Shown here one piece after another: positions 1 through 7,851 of a DNA stretch of 64,000 nucleotides. Numbering within the stretch: the stretch's first letter is position 1; the number at the start of each line of letters is the position of its first letter. A program made the position numbers and the translations under genes. This stretch comes from Lachnospiraceae bacterium UBA4364 (GTDB taxonomy: Bacteria > Bacillota > Clostridia > Lachnospirales > Lachnospiraceae): positions 18,516 through 82,515 of the forward strand of contig DGSK01000003.1 of assembly GCA_002393955.1 (NCBI GenBank). The letters run 5' to 3'. The notes under the pieces were generated by a model. That model did no database searches and was not told where the DNA came from. It was given only the letters and a program-made list of their open reading frames with translations.

Positions 1-1932
1 ACCCCGCTTGCAATACCTTATGAAAGAACCGATGAAAATGGTCATGGAGTATATTCTTTTTTAAGAAATCCTAAGGATAATATGCCGATGATTCCGGGAA
101 GTTCCCTTCGTGGTTGTATAAGGACGGTGTATGAAACTGTATCGGACTCGTGTCTTGTGACTGCTGATGTGGGTGGACAGTTTACGAAGCGAGCATCCAT
201 GGGCGAAGCCGGGAAGCCGGGGCTTCTGATTCGTGAGAAAAACGGATGGAAGCTATATGAAGCAGAAAGATTTCTTATCATAATTGATGATAAGGGATAT
301 AGGGAATTTAGAAGACCTGAGTTTAGTGCGGCAAAAAGGATTACAAGAAAGGAACTTGAAACATATGAGTATGGACAGAAGGTTTATTTCTGCCGTGGGA
401 ATATGTACAAAAAAAATAATTATGAGATTGGAACCGTCGTAAAATCATTTTCGCGGGACAAAAATGTGGAAAACAAGGAAGAAGGATATTTATATATTGG
501 CGAGGTTCCGTTAGCGAAAGACATAAAGACAAATAAACACTTTGAAAGCATCTTTAAAAGGAAAGAGGGAGATACAGCTTTAAATGTTGAAATAACAAAA
601 AAAGATATTGAAGGTCTTAAAACGATTGCTAGGATGTACAATGATTCGGGAATAAATAGAAATAAAATGGAGGGGGCCCGGGAATGGTATAAAGGTGTAG
701 AGGAAAAACTTAGCAGGGACGAAGAAGGAACGGTAGTGCCTTTATGGTTTAAAAGGGATGATTATACTCTTTCATTGGCTAGTATAGGAAGAATCGTTTA
801 CAAAAAAACAATGGATGATTTTGTGGATAAAAAAAGGCCATGTAAGAAACGTAACAGCTTATGTAAGGCCTGTGCCCTTTTTGGAATGAGCAAGGATGAA
901 AGTATAGGGAGCCGTGTAAGAATTACTGATGCAAAGATGCAGGATCCTGGATATAAAGGCGAAGAGGTTACTTTAAAAGAATTGGGCAGCCCGCGTACTT
1001 CCTATATTCCTTTTTATGCAACGATAAACGGAAATCCGTATACATTTATTTCTTCGTACGATGAAAAGGGTGTGAGATTACGTGGCAGGAAATTTTATTG
1101 GCATAATACACAGGAAAGGGCTTATGAGGCAGAACGTTCTCTGCCGGAAAAGGAGCGGAAAACGGAACGAAATGCCACTATGGAACTTGTTGAAAAAAAT
1201 AAGATTTTTAAATTCAAAGTCTATTTTGATGAAATAAGCAGGACTCAGTATGAGGAACTGAAATGGGCACTTACCTTGGGGGATAATCGGATTGATAGCA
1301 ATCTTTGTTACAAGATAGGGCATGGAAAACCGATCGGTCTTGGATCTGCTAAGATCGTAATTGTTAAGGAGAGCATTAGATCACTGAATCCGTATGAGAT
1401 TAAAAAAAATGATGAAATCCAGGTTGGAAATCCATTCGGAATAGATAAAGACAAAGATGAATTGCTTACGATACTGGATGTACGGTCTACGGAAGGAAAG
1501 CTGGTGTCATATCCATTTATAGTAAATAAGGGTGAGGGTAAGGAAAATGACACGGCATCCCATAAGTGGTTTTCGGACAATTGGGATATTAGGCCACGAA
1601 AAGAAAAGCTTGAGCAGGGACTTCTTTTTCCGGATAAGGCTAAGGATAAGGATAATCTTCTTAATGCGAAGATTTTTATTAGTGATGTACAAGCAAATGA
1701 CAGAAGGGAAATTTTGAAGTCTCAGAATCGTGAAAAAACAGAATATAATAAAGGTGAAATATATGAAGGAGAAGTTATTGGGTATAATAATAGCGGTAAA
1801 TTTGCACAGGTAAGGCTTAGTGGTGGTGGAAGGGCAAGTTTTTATGATGATAAACACGAATGGGATAGATGCAAAGTAAGGGTAAAGTATTTAGGGAAAA
1901 AAGATAATTATGATAAGTGGGAAAGAGTGTAA
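1..1932 (+). CDS. CRISPR-associated RAMP-superfamily protein (type III-like, Cas7/Cmr-like), 5'-truncated by the window edge, with a C-terminal S1/OB-like tail
   Basis: Frame 1 is open from nt 1, with no stop before the Met at 82, so the gene starts upstream. Motifs read directly: MIPGSSLRGCIR (RAMP signature); CKKRNSLCKACALFG zinc knuckle followed by RVRITDA; RGRKFYWH; and the G-rich loop GHGKPIGLGSAKI. The last 59 aa (GEIYEGEVIGYNNSGKFAQVRLSGGG...) fit the S1 OB-fold pattern. Confidence 0.75.
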   Translation, partial: TPLAIPYERTDENGHGVYSFLRNPKDNMPMIPGSSLRGCIRTVYETVSDSCLVTADVGGQFTKRASMGEAGKPGLLIREKNGWKLYEAERFLIIIDDKGYREFRRPEFSAAKRITRKELETYEYGQKVYFCRGNMYKKNNYEIGTVVKSFSRDKNVENKEEGYLYIGEVPLAKDIKTNKHFESIFKRKEGDTALNVEITKKDIEGLKTIARMYNDSGINRNKMEGAREWYKGVEEKLSRDEEGTVVPLWFKRDDYTLSLASIGRIVYKKTMDDFVDKKRPCKKRNSLCKACALFGMSKDESIGSRVRITDAKMQDPGYKGEEVTLKELGSPRTSYIPFYATINGNPYTFISSYDEKGVRLRGRKFYWHNTQERAYEAERSLPEKERKTERNATMELVEKNKIFKFKVYFDEISRTQYEELKWALTLGDNRIDSNLCYKIGHGKPIGLGSAKIVIVKESIRSLNPYEIKKNDEIQVGNPFGIDKDKDELLTILDVRSTEGKLVSYPFIVNKGEGKENDTASHKWFSDNWDIRPRKEKLEQGLLFPDKAKDKDNLLNAKIFISDVQANDRREILKSQNREKTEYNKGEIYEGEVIGYNNSGKFAQVRLSGGGRASFYDDKHEWDRCKVRVKYLGKKDNYDKWERV

Positions 1933-2022
1933 GACTTCAAAAAGATGAGAAAATTGGGTACTTTTAGATATTTGTCTTAATTAAAGACGAGAGTTAAATA
2001 AAGCAAGTGATGATAAATTGAG

Positions 2023-2052
2023 AAAATCGCATCGTTCTGATGCGATTTTTTA
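2023..2052 (+). terminator. Rho-independent terminator after the RAMP gene
   Basis: AAAATCGCATC-gttct-GATGCGATTTT stem-loop followed by a T-run. Confidence 0.7.
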
Positions 2053-2054
2053 TT

Positions 2055-2092
2055 TAAACAGTTAAAAAAAGTAAATGAATTATATAAGGAAG
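2055..2092 (+). promoter_or_regulatory. Promoter-like module, copy 1 (degenerate)
   Basis: AAACAGTTAAAAAAA-N-TATATAAGGAAG resembles copies 2 and 3. The downstream GAAAGGTAGCCGATAAGTTTACG aligns with the RBS and start of copy 3, but its ATG is decayed to ACG. Confidence 0.35.
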
Positions 2093-2140
2093 TGAAAGGT
2101 AGCCGATAAGTTTACGACCTTGGTAAAAAATATTTTTACA

Positions 2141-2184
2141 AAACGGTTAAAAAATAGGTTTTTGAATCTATAAGGTAATAGAAA
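2141..2184 (+). promoter_or_regulatory. Promoter-like module, copy 2 (GTTAAA-N17-TATAAG)
   Basis: AAACGGTTAAAAAATAGGTTTTTGAATCTATAAGGTAATAGAA is near-identical in its ends to copy 3. It lies upstream of the 68-aa ORF. Confidence 0.45.
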
Positions 2185-2194
2185 GGGGGGGGGG
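2185..2194. repeat. Homopolymeric G10 tract (followed by A6)
   Basis: Ten consecutive G counted at 2185-2194. The tract sits where copy 3 of the module has its AAAGGAGG ribosome-binding site. Confidence 0.9.
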
Positions 2195-2273
2195 AAAAAA
2201 CGAAAGTGAGGTGATAAGACGTAGAGAAAGAAAACCCAGTAGGCAGTGATAAAAAAGAAAAGGAGAAAATGAG

Positions 2274-2480
2274 ATGAGTAGAAAAGGAAATAGTGAACTC
2301 ACAATGGTAATACCGCAGTTAAATAAAAGGGAGGCATGTGCACTTAAAAATTCGTTGATTGAAGCAAAAAAAACTTATGCGCCTCATGCAAAGGCGAGCA
2401 TTGTAATCGGTAAAAAAGAAAATTTCAGCAAGATCGCACAAAAATGTAACCATCAATTAGATTTACAGAAAAACAGTTAA
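2274..2480 (+). CDS. Hypothetical small protein (68 aa), apparent paralogue of the 54-aa ORF at 2642
   Basis: RBS AAAGGAGAAAATGAG sits just before the ATG. It shares the pattern A..L....I.AK...AP.....IG with the 2642 ORF. Confidence 0.45.
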   Translation: MSRKGNSELTMVIPQLNKREACALKNSLIEAKKTYAPHAKASIVIGKKENFSKIAQKCNHQLDLQKNS

Positions 2481-2513
2481 AAAAAGGATACATTAGTCTA
2501 TAAGGTATAGAAC
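2471..2513 (+). promoter_or_regulatory. Promoter-like module, copy 3 (GTTAAA-N17-TATAAG)
   Basis: AAACAGTTAAAAAAAGGATACATTAGTCTATAAGGTATAGAA is followed by AAAGGAGG and the 22-codon ORF. It overlaps the stop codon of the 68-aa ORF. Confidence 0.45.
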
Positions 2514-2535
2514 GCAGAAAGGAGGTAATAAGAGT

Positions 2536-2604
2536 ATGGAAGCCAAAACAAAAACGATGATTCTGGTAGTGCTGGCAGTTATGGTTATTGTTATTTTACT
2601 CTAA
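2536..2604 (+). CDS. 22-aa hydrophobic peptide MEAKTKTMILVVLAVMVIVILL (below the ORF-track size cutoff)
   Basis: A perfect AAAGGAGG RBS lies 8 nt upstream of the ATG. The peptide has a charged N-terminus followed by a single 15-residue hydrophobic helix. Confidence 0.4.
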   Translation: MEAKTKTMILVVLAVMVIVILL

Positions 2605-2641
2605 GGGTTCGTGTAAATTTTGTAAGTGAAAGGAGAAGGTA

Positions 2642-2806
2642 ATGGGAAAATATGTACTGGTTTTTAAGGTTAAGGATGTTACAGTTAGTCAGGCAAATCG
2701 GCTTCAGGCAGAGAGTACTATAAGAGCAAAGCGAATTGCACCCGGTAGGCGCAACATAATAGGAATAGAGAACAAAGGAGGGGATAGCAAATGCAGATTA
2801 AAGTGA
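2642..2806 (+). CDS. Hypothetical small protein (54 aa)
   Basis: GAAAGGAGAAGG RBS precedes the start. The ORF was translated by hand as MGKYVLVFKVKDVTVSQANRLQAESTIRAKRIAPGRRNIIGIENKGGDSKCRLK. Its 3' end overlaps the next start by 16 nt, which suggests translational coupling. Confidence 0.45.
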   Translation: MGKYVLVFKVKDVTVSQANRLQAESTIRAKRIAPGRRNIIGIENKGGDSKCRLK

Positions 2807-3009
2807 TGAAAAAAGGCGAACAGTTTGTAGGAATTCAAGATGGTTGGATTGTTCTGAAGAGAAAGAGAGGTGATGTACGGCTGATCCGGATAGAGCAGGA
2901 TGAAGAGGGCTATCGCGTAATACCGGGGCAGGAGATTTTGATAACCTATGGAGATAATGAGGTAAGTATAGGCAATATGGACACAGAAGTGGAAATAACA
3001 AATTTTTGA
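2791..3009 (+). CDS. Hypothetical small protein (72 aa)
   Basis: RBS AAGGAGGGG lies upstream. The gene is packed tightly in the operon. I recognise no motif. Confidence 0.5.
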   Translation: MQIKVMKKGEQFVGIQDGWIVLKRKRGDVRLIRIEQDEEGYRVIPGQEILITYGDNEVSIGNMDTEVEITNF

Positions 3010-3023
3010 AGGAGGGATTACCT

Positions 3024-3392
3024 ATGAGTTTAAAATCAAGAATGTCATCAAAACAGTACGCAGAATGTCACGCAATTATTCATACAGCCAGCGCGGCGGC
3101 AGCCGGAGTGGGTACAGGATTGGCACAGATCCCACTTAGCGATACAGCAGTTATAACACCTATACAAATTGGAATGATTATGGCACTTGGAAAGGTTTTT
3201 GATTTGGAAATAACAGAGTCAATGGCAAAGGCGGGGATAGCTTCGGCTACTGCGGCCGGTTTGGGAAGGGCTGCCTCGCAGGTACTTATCGGATGGGTTC
3301 CGGGGATAGGTAATGCCATTAATGCATCGACTGCGGCTGCATTTACTGAAGGACTAGGTTGGGCTATGGTCAGTGACTTTTCAAGATATTAA
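3024..3392 (+). CDS. Gly/Ala-rich (glycine-zipper-like) membrane-associated protein, 122 aa
   Basis: The start was moved to ATG 3024, 6 nt after GAAGGAGGG. It has two long Ala/Gly-rich amphipathic or hydrophobic stretches: ASAAAAGVGTGLAQIP... and IASATAAGLGRAASQVLIGWVPGIGNAINAS. Confidence 0.55.
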   Translation: MSLKSRMSSKQYAECHAIIHTASAAAAGVGTGLAQIPLSDTAVITPIQIGMIMALGKVFDLEITESMAKAGIASATAAGLGRAASQVLIGWVPGIGNAINASTAAAFTEGLGWAMVSDFSRY

Positions 3393-3415
3393 TTTGTGTG
3401 AAGGAGGGAATTGTT

Positions 3416-3667
3416 ATGGCAAAAATCAGGTCAAATGGATTAGATAATTTCAAGGTGGATACAGGTAGATTTAGGTCTCTTACCAGGGAATCACTTAACG
3501 AAGCGGGCAAAGGGGGTGATAGTGTTAAAAATAATATGGTGCACCCATTTGGCAGTAAAGTAGGTTTTGGTTATTGTAGTTGTTGCAGGCGAAGGGTGCC
3601 GAATGTGATGCTTTTTGGTGGACCGTTTGAAAAAAGATGCAAAAAATGTATTGGAATCTATCGATAG
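3416..3667 (+). CDS. Small zinc-ribbon protein (83 aa)
   Basis: The start is ATG 3416 after GAAGGAGGG, the same RBS context as the preceding gene. Cys pairs are CSCC...CKKC. Confidence 0.55.
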   Translation: MAKIRSNGLDNFKVDTGRFRSLTRESLNEAGKGGDSVKNNMVHPFGSKVGFGYCSCCRRRVPNVMLFGGPFEKRCKKCIGIYR

Positions 3668-3678
3668 GGGGGATATGT

Positions 3679-3897
3679 ATGTCTAAAAGAAGTTCAGCTC
3701 ACACTAATGCACAGCGTCAGGGTCGTATGAGGGATTTAGGAACGTGTCAGATCTGCGGCAGCAGAAACCATCCGGAGGGGCATCATGCTATGGATTATCA
3801 GTTCGGCGGCTCGTCGAAGGTAAGCAATATCGTTACGCTGTGTCATAGCTGTCACCAAAAAGTCCATAGGGGAGAGATGGACATAAAAATACTTTAG
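3679..3897 (+). CDS. Small HNH endonuclease (72 aa)
   Basis: CQICGS...HPEGHH...N...LCHSCHQKVH matches the CxxC...HH...N...CxxCH HNH/zinc-finger layout. Confidence 0.75.
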   Translation: MSKRSSAHTNAQRQGRMRDLGTCQICGSRNHPEGHHAMDYQFGGSSKVSNIVTLCHSCHQKVHRGEMDIKIL

Positions 3898-3949
3898 GAA
3901 AAATTCACGGATATCAATTCGTGTTCTGCCGAGAGTGCGTGATGGTAAG

Positions 3950-4909
3950 TCACGCCTCCTTCAACGCTGATACCTTTTTTAAAATCTCCTCTTCATCATA
4001 TTCTGGGGCATAATCTTCCGCAATGTCACATATCATCTGAACACGGATTTCGTCTTCATCAAGATCCTCAGCTATTTGTTCTGCATCCTTACCCTTGCGG
4101 AGTTTGCGACAGACTATAGTAATTAGTTGCTTGTCCTCTCCTCGTGCCATACCTCTCTGTTCTATATAATCCAATGCTTCGCACATATTTTCAGGTTCTC
4201 CTTTCAGTTTCTTCCAATCACTATCATCGTATATTTTTGCAAATCTGCCGTCACCCGTCAACACTGACATTAACTGCAGCACTTCTCTTACATGTTTAAT
4301 TTTTTCTTTCGAGCCTGTGTAATGACCTGTACGCTGCATCTGTACAAAGTAGTCGGCTACGAAACGGAAGTCGCTCTTGAAACCTTTGAGCTGCTCGTCT
4401 GTAAGATAGGCTATCTCGTAAAGGTTTATCCGGTATTCCGGGATAAGCCTCTTAATCTTATCGTCAAGATTGTCGCCCAACGCTTCGTGAAGAGTCTTAG
4501 CCTTATCCCAATGTTTATTGTAACCAAAATACAGCACTAGCGTTATGACTGGATAACAGCTGACTGTCTTAATGCGTTTTCCTTCGGAATCTGTTTCATA
4601 TCTTATCTGATCCCTATATGCCGAACCATCATATCCTATAACACGGAGCGGCATATCATTCTCAGGTATGGTTTCGTTTTCTATTCCGAGCAGTGCGATC
4701 CTGATGTTTTTCTTTTTCCAGAATTTACTTACATCCCTTTCCAGTTCACGGAATGTTGTTTCACCATGATAGATGGAATGCGTTTTGGCGCCTTCCAGCT
4801 CGTTTTCTGCAACCCTTTGTTTCCCTTCAAAGACGAGATTGTTTACAATGTCCGCAAATACGTCATTCAGCTGTATTAGCGCCTTTTCCGTTATGTCCTT
4901 TTGACCCAT
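3950..4909 (-). CDS. Rpn-family recombination-promoting nuclease / putative transposase (PD-(D/E)xK, YhgA-like)
   Basis: This is the only convincing - strand gene. The N-terminus ...DVFADIVNNLVF...HSIYHGET..RELERDV...ALLGIENET and its ~320-aa length are typical of the family. RBS GGAGG precedes the start. Confidence 0.75.
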   Translation of the reverse strand: MGQKDITEKALIQLNDVFADIVNNLVFEGKQRVAENELEGAKTHSIYHGETTFRELERDVSKFWKKKNIRIALLGIENETIPENDMPLRVIGYDGSAYRDQIRYETDSEGKRIKTVSCYPVITLVLYFGYNKHWDKAKTLHEALGDNLDDKIKRLIPEYRINLYEIAYLTDEQLKGFKSDFRFVADYFVQMQRTGHYTGSKEKIKHVREVLQLMSVLTGDGRFAKIYDDSDWKKLKGEPENMCEALDYIEQRGMARGEDKQLITIVCRKLRKGKDAEQIAEDLDEDEIRVQMICDIAEDYAPEYDEEEILKKVSALKEA

Positions 4910-5154
4910 TATTACCTCCTTGCATGATCATTTTTGCAGGAGGTTTATAAGTATATCCCTCCCGCTTTTTTATACTTGGAATTTAAAGCACGGGAGACCC
5001 GAAGATTCTTTGAAAATAGAAATTCTTGAAATGTAATTCTTCCTTGCTTTGCGTCATATTATATCACAATCCTGTATGAAAAAACAGTGGCTAACGTCTA
5101 CGGTATAGTGGCAAAAACGGGTTCACTTAAAATAATGGACTGATTAAAATACAA

Positions 5155-5193
5155 AATTTCCCACTGTCCGGATGTGGGAAGTTTCCGCTGATT
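5155..5193. repeat. Inverted repeat AAATTTCCCAC-N9-GTGGGAAGTTT upstream of copA
   Basis: An 11-bp stem with one mismatch, read directly. The same arms occur separately at 15457-15476 and 16073-16094. Confidence 0.6.
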
Positions 5194-5273
5194 ATGGTAG
5201 AATACTCTTGCTGGTTAGCTGCGGATAACCGCAGAACGGCAAGACTATTTTCGCTAATTCATAGGAGCAGAAA

Positions 5274-7574
5274 TTGAAAGCATCTTTTAATGTGACGGGA
5301 ATGTCGTGTGCAAACTGTGTTTCCAATGTGGAAAGGGCAGTCGGTAAAATAAACGGTGTCGAGGAAGTCAGTGTCAATCTGATAGAAGAACTGATGATGG
5401 TGTCCTATGACGAATCTCTTACCGGGGAAAGCGAGATAATGGAGGCTGTAAAAAAAGCCGGTTACGGGGCGGAGAGCTGCAGCAGGCTGCAGGACCGTCC
5501 GGGTACTGCAGCCGGATCTTTGGAAAGGTCCTTTGAAAGATCCTCTAAAAAAGATAAGGATGACAAGGGAATCGGGCTGATAATATCGGTTATCCTTATG
5601 GTCATCCTTATGGTCATTGCCATGGGAGAAAAGCACAGCCTGTCCATGAATGCATTGACACAGCTATTGCTTGTGATCCCGGTCATGTTCATCAACAAAA
5701 GGTTCTATATTAATGCATTCAAGGCATTACGGTCAGGCGGCACGAATATGGATGTGCTGGTTTCCTTAAGCTCTTTGTGTGCTTTTGTTTACAGCCTGTA
5801 CGGACTGTATATGATACTTGCCTGCACCGAGAGCGGAGATATGGAATCGGCAATGCAGTACGCCCATAATCTGTTCTTTGATTCGGCTGGCATGATACTG
5901 ACTTTAGTATCCGTGGGAAAATTTCTGGAGGACAGGTCAAAGAAAAAAACAAAGGATGCCATCGACTCGCTTATCGATATCTGTCCCAAAAAGATCACTC
6001 GCATCATTACGGACAGGGATGGAAATGAGACGGAAGAAACGGTGGCTGCCGAAGATATACGGCAGGGCGACATTATCCTCATATCAAAAGGAGAGGCTTC
6101 GGCTGTTGACGGAATAGTAGTGAAAGGCAGTGCGAAATTTGATGAATCTGCAATCACCGGTGAAAGTGAAGCCATAGATAAGGCTGAGGGCGATGAGGTC
6201 ATTTCCGCCACTATGGCAATAGACGGGTATGTCAGGGTACGAGCCCAGGCGGTTGGTGAAGACTCTACACTTATGAAGATCGTCAGGATGACTAAGGAAG
6301 CTGGTGCGTCCAAGGCCCCTATTGCAAAGCTTGCAGACAGGATTTCAGCGGTGTTCGTTCCTGCTATAGTGATCATTTCCATCGTCACGTTTGCGATATG
6401 GTTCTTTGTGACGAGGAATTTTGCCACGGCCTTCTCATTTGGGATATGCGTGCTGGTAATATCCTGCCCCTGCGCCCTGGGACTTGCCACGCCTGTCGCT
6501 ATTACCGTCGGTATGGGAGTCGGTGCTAAAAACGGCATTCTTTTCAAAACAGCAGAATCGCTTCAGATGTTAAGCAGTATCGATACGGCAGTATTTGACA
6601 AGACCGGAACCATCACGAACGGTACGGTATCCGTGGAGGGAGAGGTAAGAAAAGATACCGTAAGAAAAACCTCCGCCCGGGCAATGGCAATTTTAAAAAA
6701 GCTGGGTATTGGAACAGTCATGCTCACCGGGGATAAAAAGGAGAAAGCGCTTGTCATAGCAAAGGAAGCCGGAGTTTCGGATGTAAGATATGAATTAAAG
6801 CCTGAGGACAAGGCCGGCAGTGTGAAAGAATTTCAGGAAAAAGGCAAAAAGGTTCTCGCAGTCGGCGACGGAATAAACGATGCACCGGCGCTTGCGGCCG
6901 CTGAGGTCGGGATGGCAATGGGAGCAGGAAAGGATATCGCCATAGAATGTGCAGATGTGGTCCTTATGCACAGTGACCTGCTGGATGTGGTCAGGGCCAT
7001 CAGGCTAAGCAAGGGGACTCTCCGCAACATTAAGGAAAATCTTTTCTGGGCGTTCTTTTATAATGTAGTTATGATACCTGTGGCTGCCGGGCTGGCCTAT
7101 CCAGTGTTCGGCCTTAAATTCAGTCCCATGATGGGTGCGGCATGCATGAGCCTCAGCAGTATATGTGTATGTCTGAATGCAGTAAGGCTCATGGGGATCA
7201 GACTTGATAGAGATATAGCGGCCGGTGGGAATACTGACGATTTTTCATCGGCCGGCAATAAAACAGACAGTATGCTATCATCAGATGAAGATACTGTTTG
7301 TGGTGTGAATTCTTCATCAAAAGAGTGTGAAGAGGTCGGAAAATGTAATTGTAATATAGCGAAAGGAGAAACAGAAATGATCAAATTCGGAGTAGAAGGA
7401 ATGATGTGTGCACATTGCAAGGGGCGTGTGGAGGATGCTCTCAAGGCTATTGACGGAGTAACGGGGGCAGTGGCTGACCTTGATGCAAAGTGTGTAACAA
7501 TAGAGGCCGGTGAAGGCGTGACAGAGGAAATGTGCAAAGAGGCAGTTACGGCAGCCGGCTACAAGGTGCAGTGA
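5274..7574 (+). CDS. copA: Heavy-metal (Cu+-type) P1B ATPase with N- and C-terminal HMA domains, but lacking the nucleotide-binding (N) domain
   Basis: TTG start 6 nt after AGGAG. Motifs: HMA GMSCANCV and GMMCAHCK; TGES; SCPCALGLATP; FDKTGTIT; MLTGD; GDGINDAPALA. Only ~40 residues separate DKTGT from TGD, against the ~180 usual for the family. Confidence 0.85.
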   Translation: MKASFNVTGMSCANCVSNVERAVGKINGVEEVSVNLIEELMMVSYDESLTGESEIMEAVKKAGYGAESCSRLQDRPGTAAGSLERSFERSSKKDKDDKGIGLIISVILMVILMVIAMGEKHSLSMNALTQLLLVIPVMFINKRFYINAFKALRSGGTNMDVLVSLSSLCAFVYSLYGLYMILACTESGDMESAMQYAHNLFFDSAGMILTLVSVGKFLEDRSKKKTKDAIDSLIDICPKKITRIITDRDGNETEETVAAEDIRQGDIILISKGEASAVDGIVVKGSAKFDESAITGESEAIDKAEGDEVISATMAIDGYVRVRAQAVGEDSTLMKIVRMTKEAGASKAPIAKLADRISAVFVPAIVIISIVTFAIWFFVTRNFATAFSFGICVLVISCPCALGLATPVAITVGMGVGAKNGILFKTAESLQMLSSIDTAVFDKTGTITNGTVSVEGEVRKDTVRKTSARAMAILKKLGIGTVMLTGDKKEKALVIAKEAGVSDVRYELKPEDKAGSVKEFQEKGKKVLAVGDGINDAPALAAAEVGMAMGAGKDIAIECADVVLMHSDLLDVVRAIRLSKGTLRNIKENLFWAFFYNVVMIPVAAGLAYPVFGLKFSPMMGAACMSLSSICVCLNAVRLMGIRLDRDIAAGGNTDDFSSAGNKTDSMLSSDEDTVCGVNSSSKECEEVGKCNCNIAKGETEMIKFGVEGMMCAHCKGRVEDALKAIDGVTGAVADLDAKCVTIEAGEGVTEEMCKEAVTAAGYKVQ

Positions 7575-7807
7575 CAGCTTATCTGTATGCTTAAACACCA
7601 TCAGGCAAGGCGAATACATATCGTTTTGCCCCATATTATTCATGTATACGGTCATGATGAAGAAAAAAGGTCACGTACTGATTACTTAAGTGCGGCAGAC
7701 CTTTTTTATTGTTCATAAAATGCAAAAAAAATGATTATCGTAAAATCCCTAAAATTATCTTGACATTCAAAATAAATTGTATTATCCTCAAATTCGTGGT
7801 TAAAAAC

Positions 7808-7837
7808 TTTGAAATTCAAAATACTTGAAAATCAAAC
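7808..7837. promoter_or_regulatory. Two tandem FabT-box-like palindromes (TTTGA-AAT-TCAAA and TTGA-AAA-TCAA) in the acpP leader
   Basis: The palindromes were read directly. The geometry TTTGA-N3-TCAAA matches the streptococcal FabT operator half-site arrangement. A MarR/FabT-like gene closes the cluster. Confidence 0.45.
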
Positions 7838-7851
7838 AAAGGAGAAGAAGA

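Noticed and set aside
1933-4909. Interpreting the small-gene cassette as a prophage remnant
   Set aside because: I see no integrase, capsid, portal or terminase genes, no att-like repeats and no tRNA nearby. HNH and Rpn genes alone are insufficient. I keep it as an alternative explanation rather than a call.
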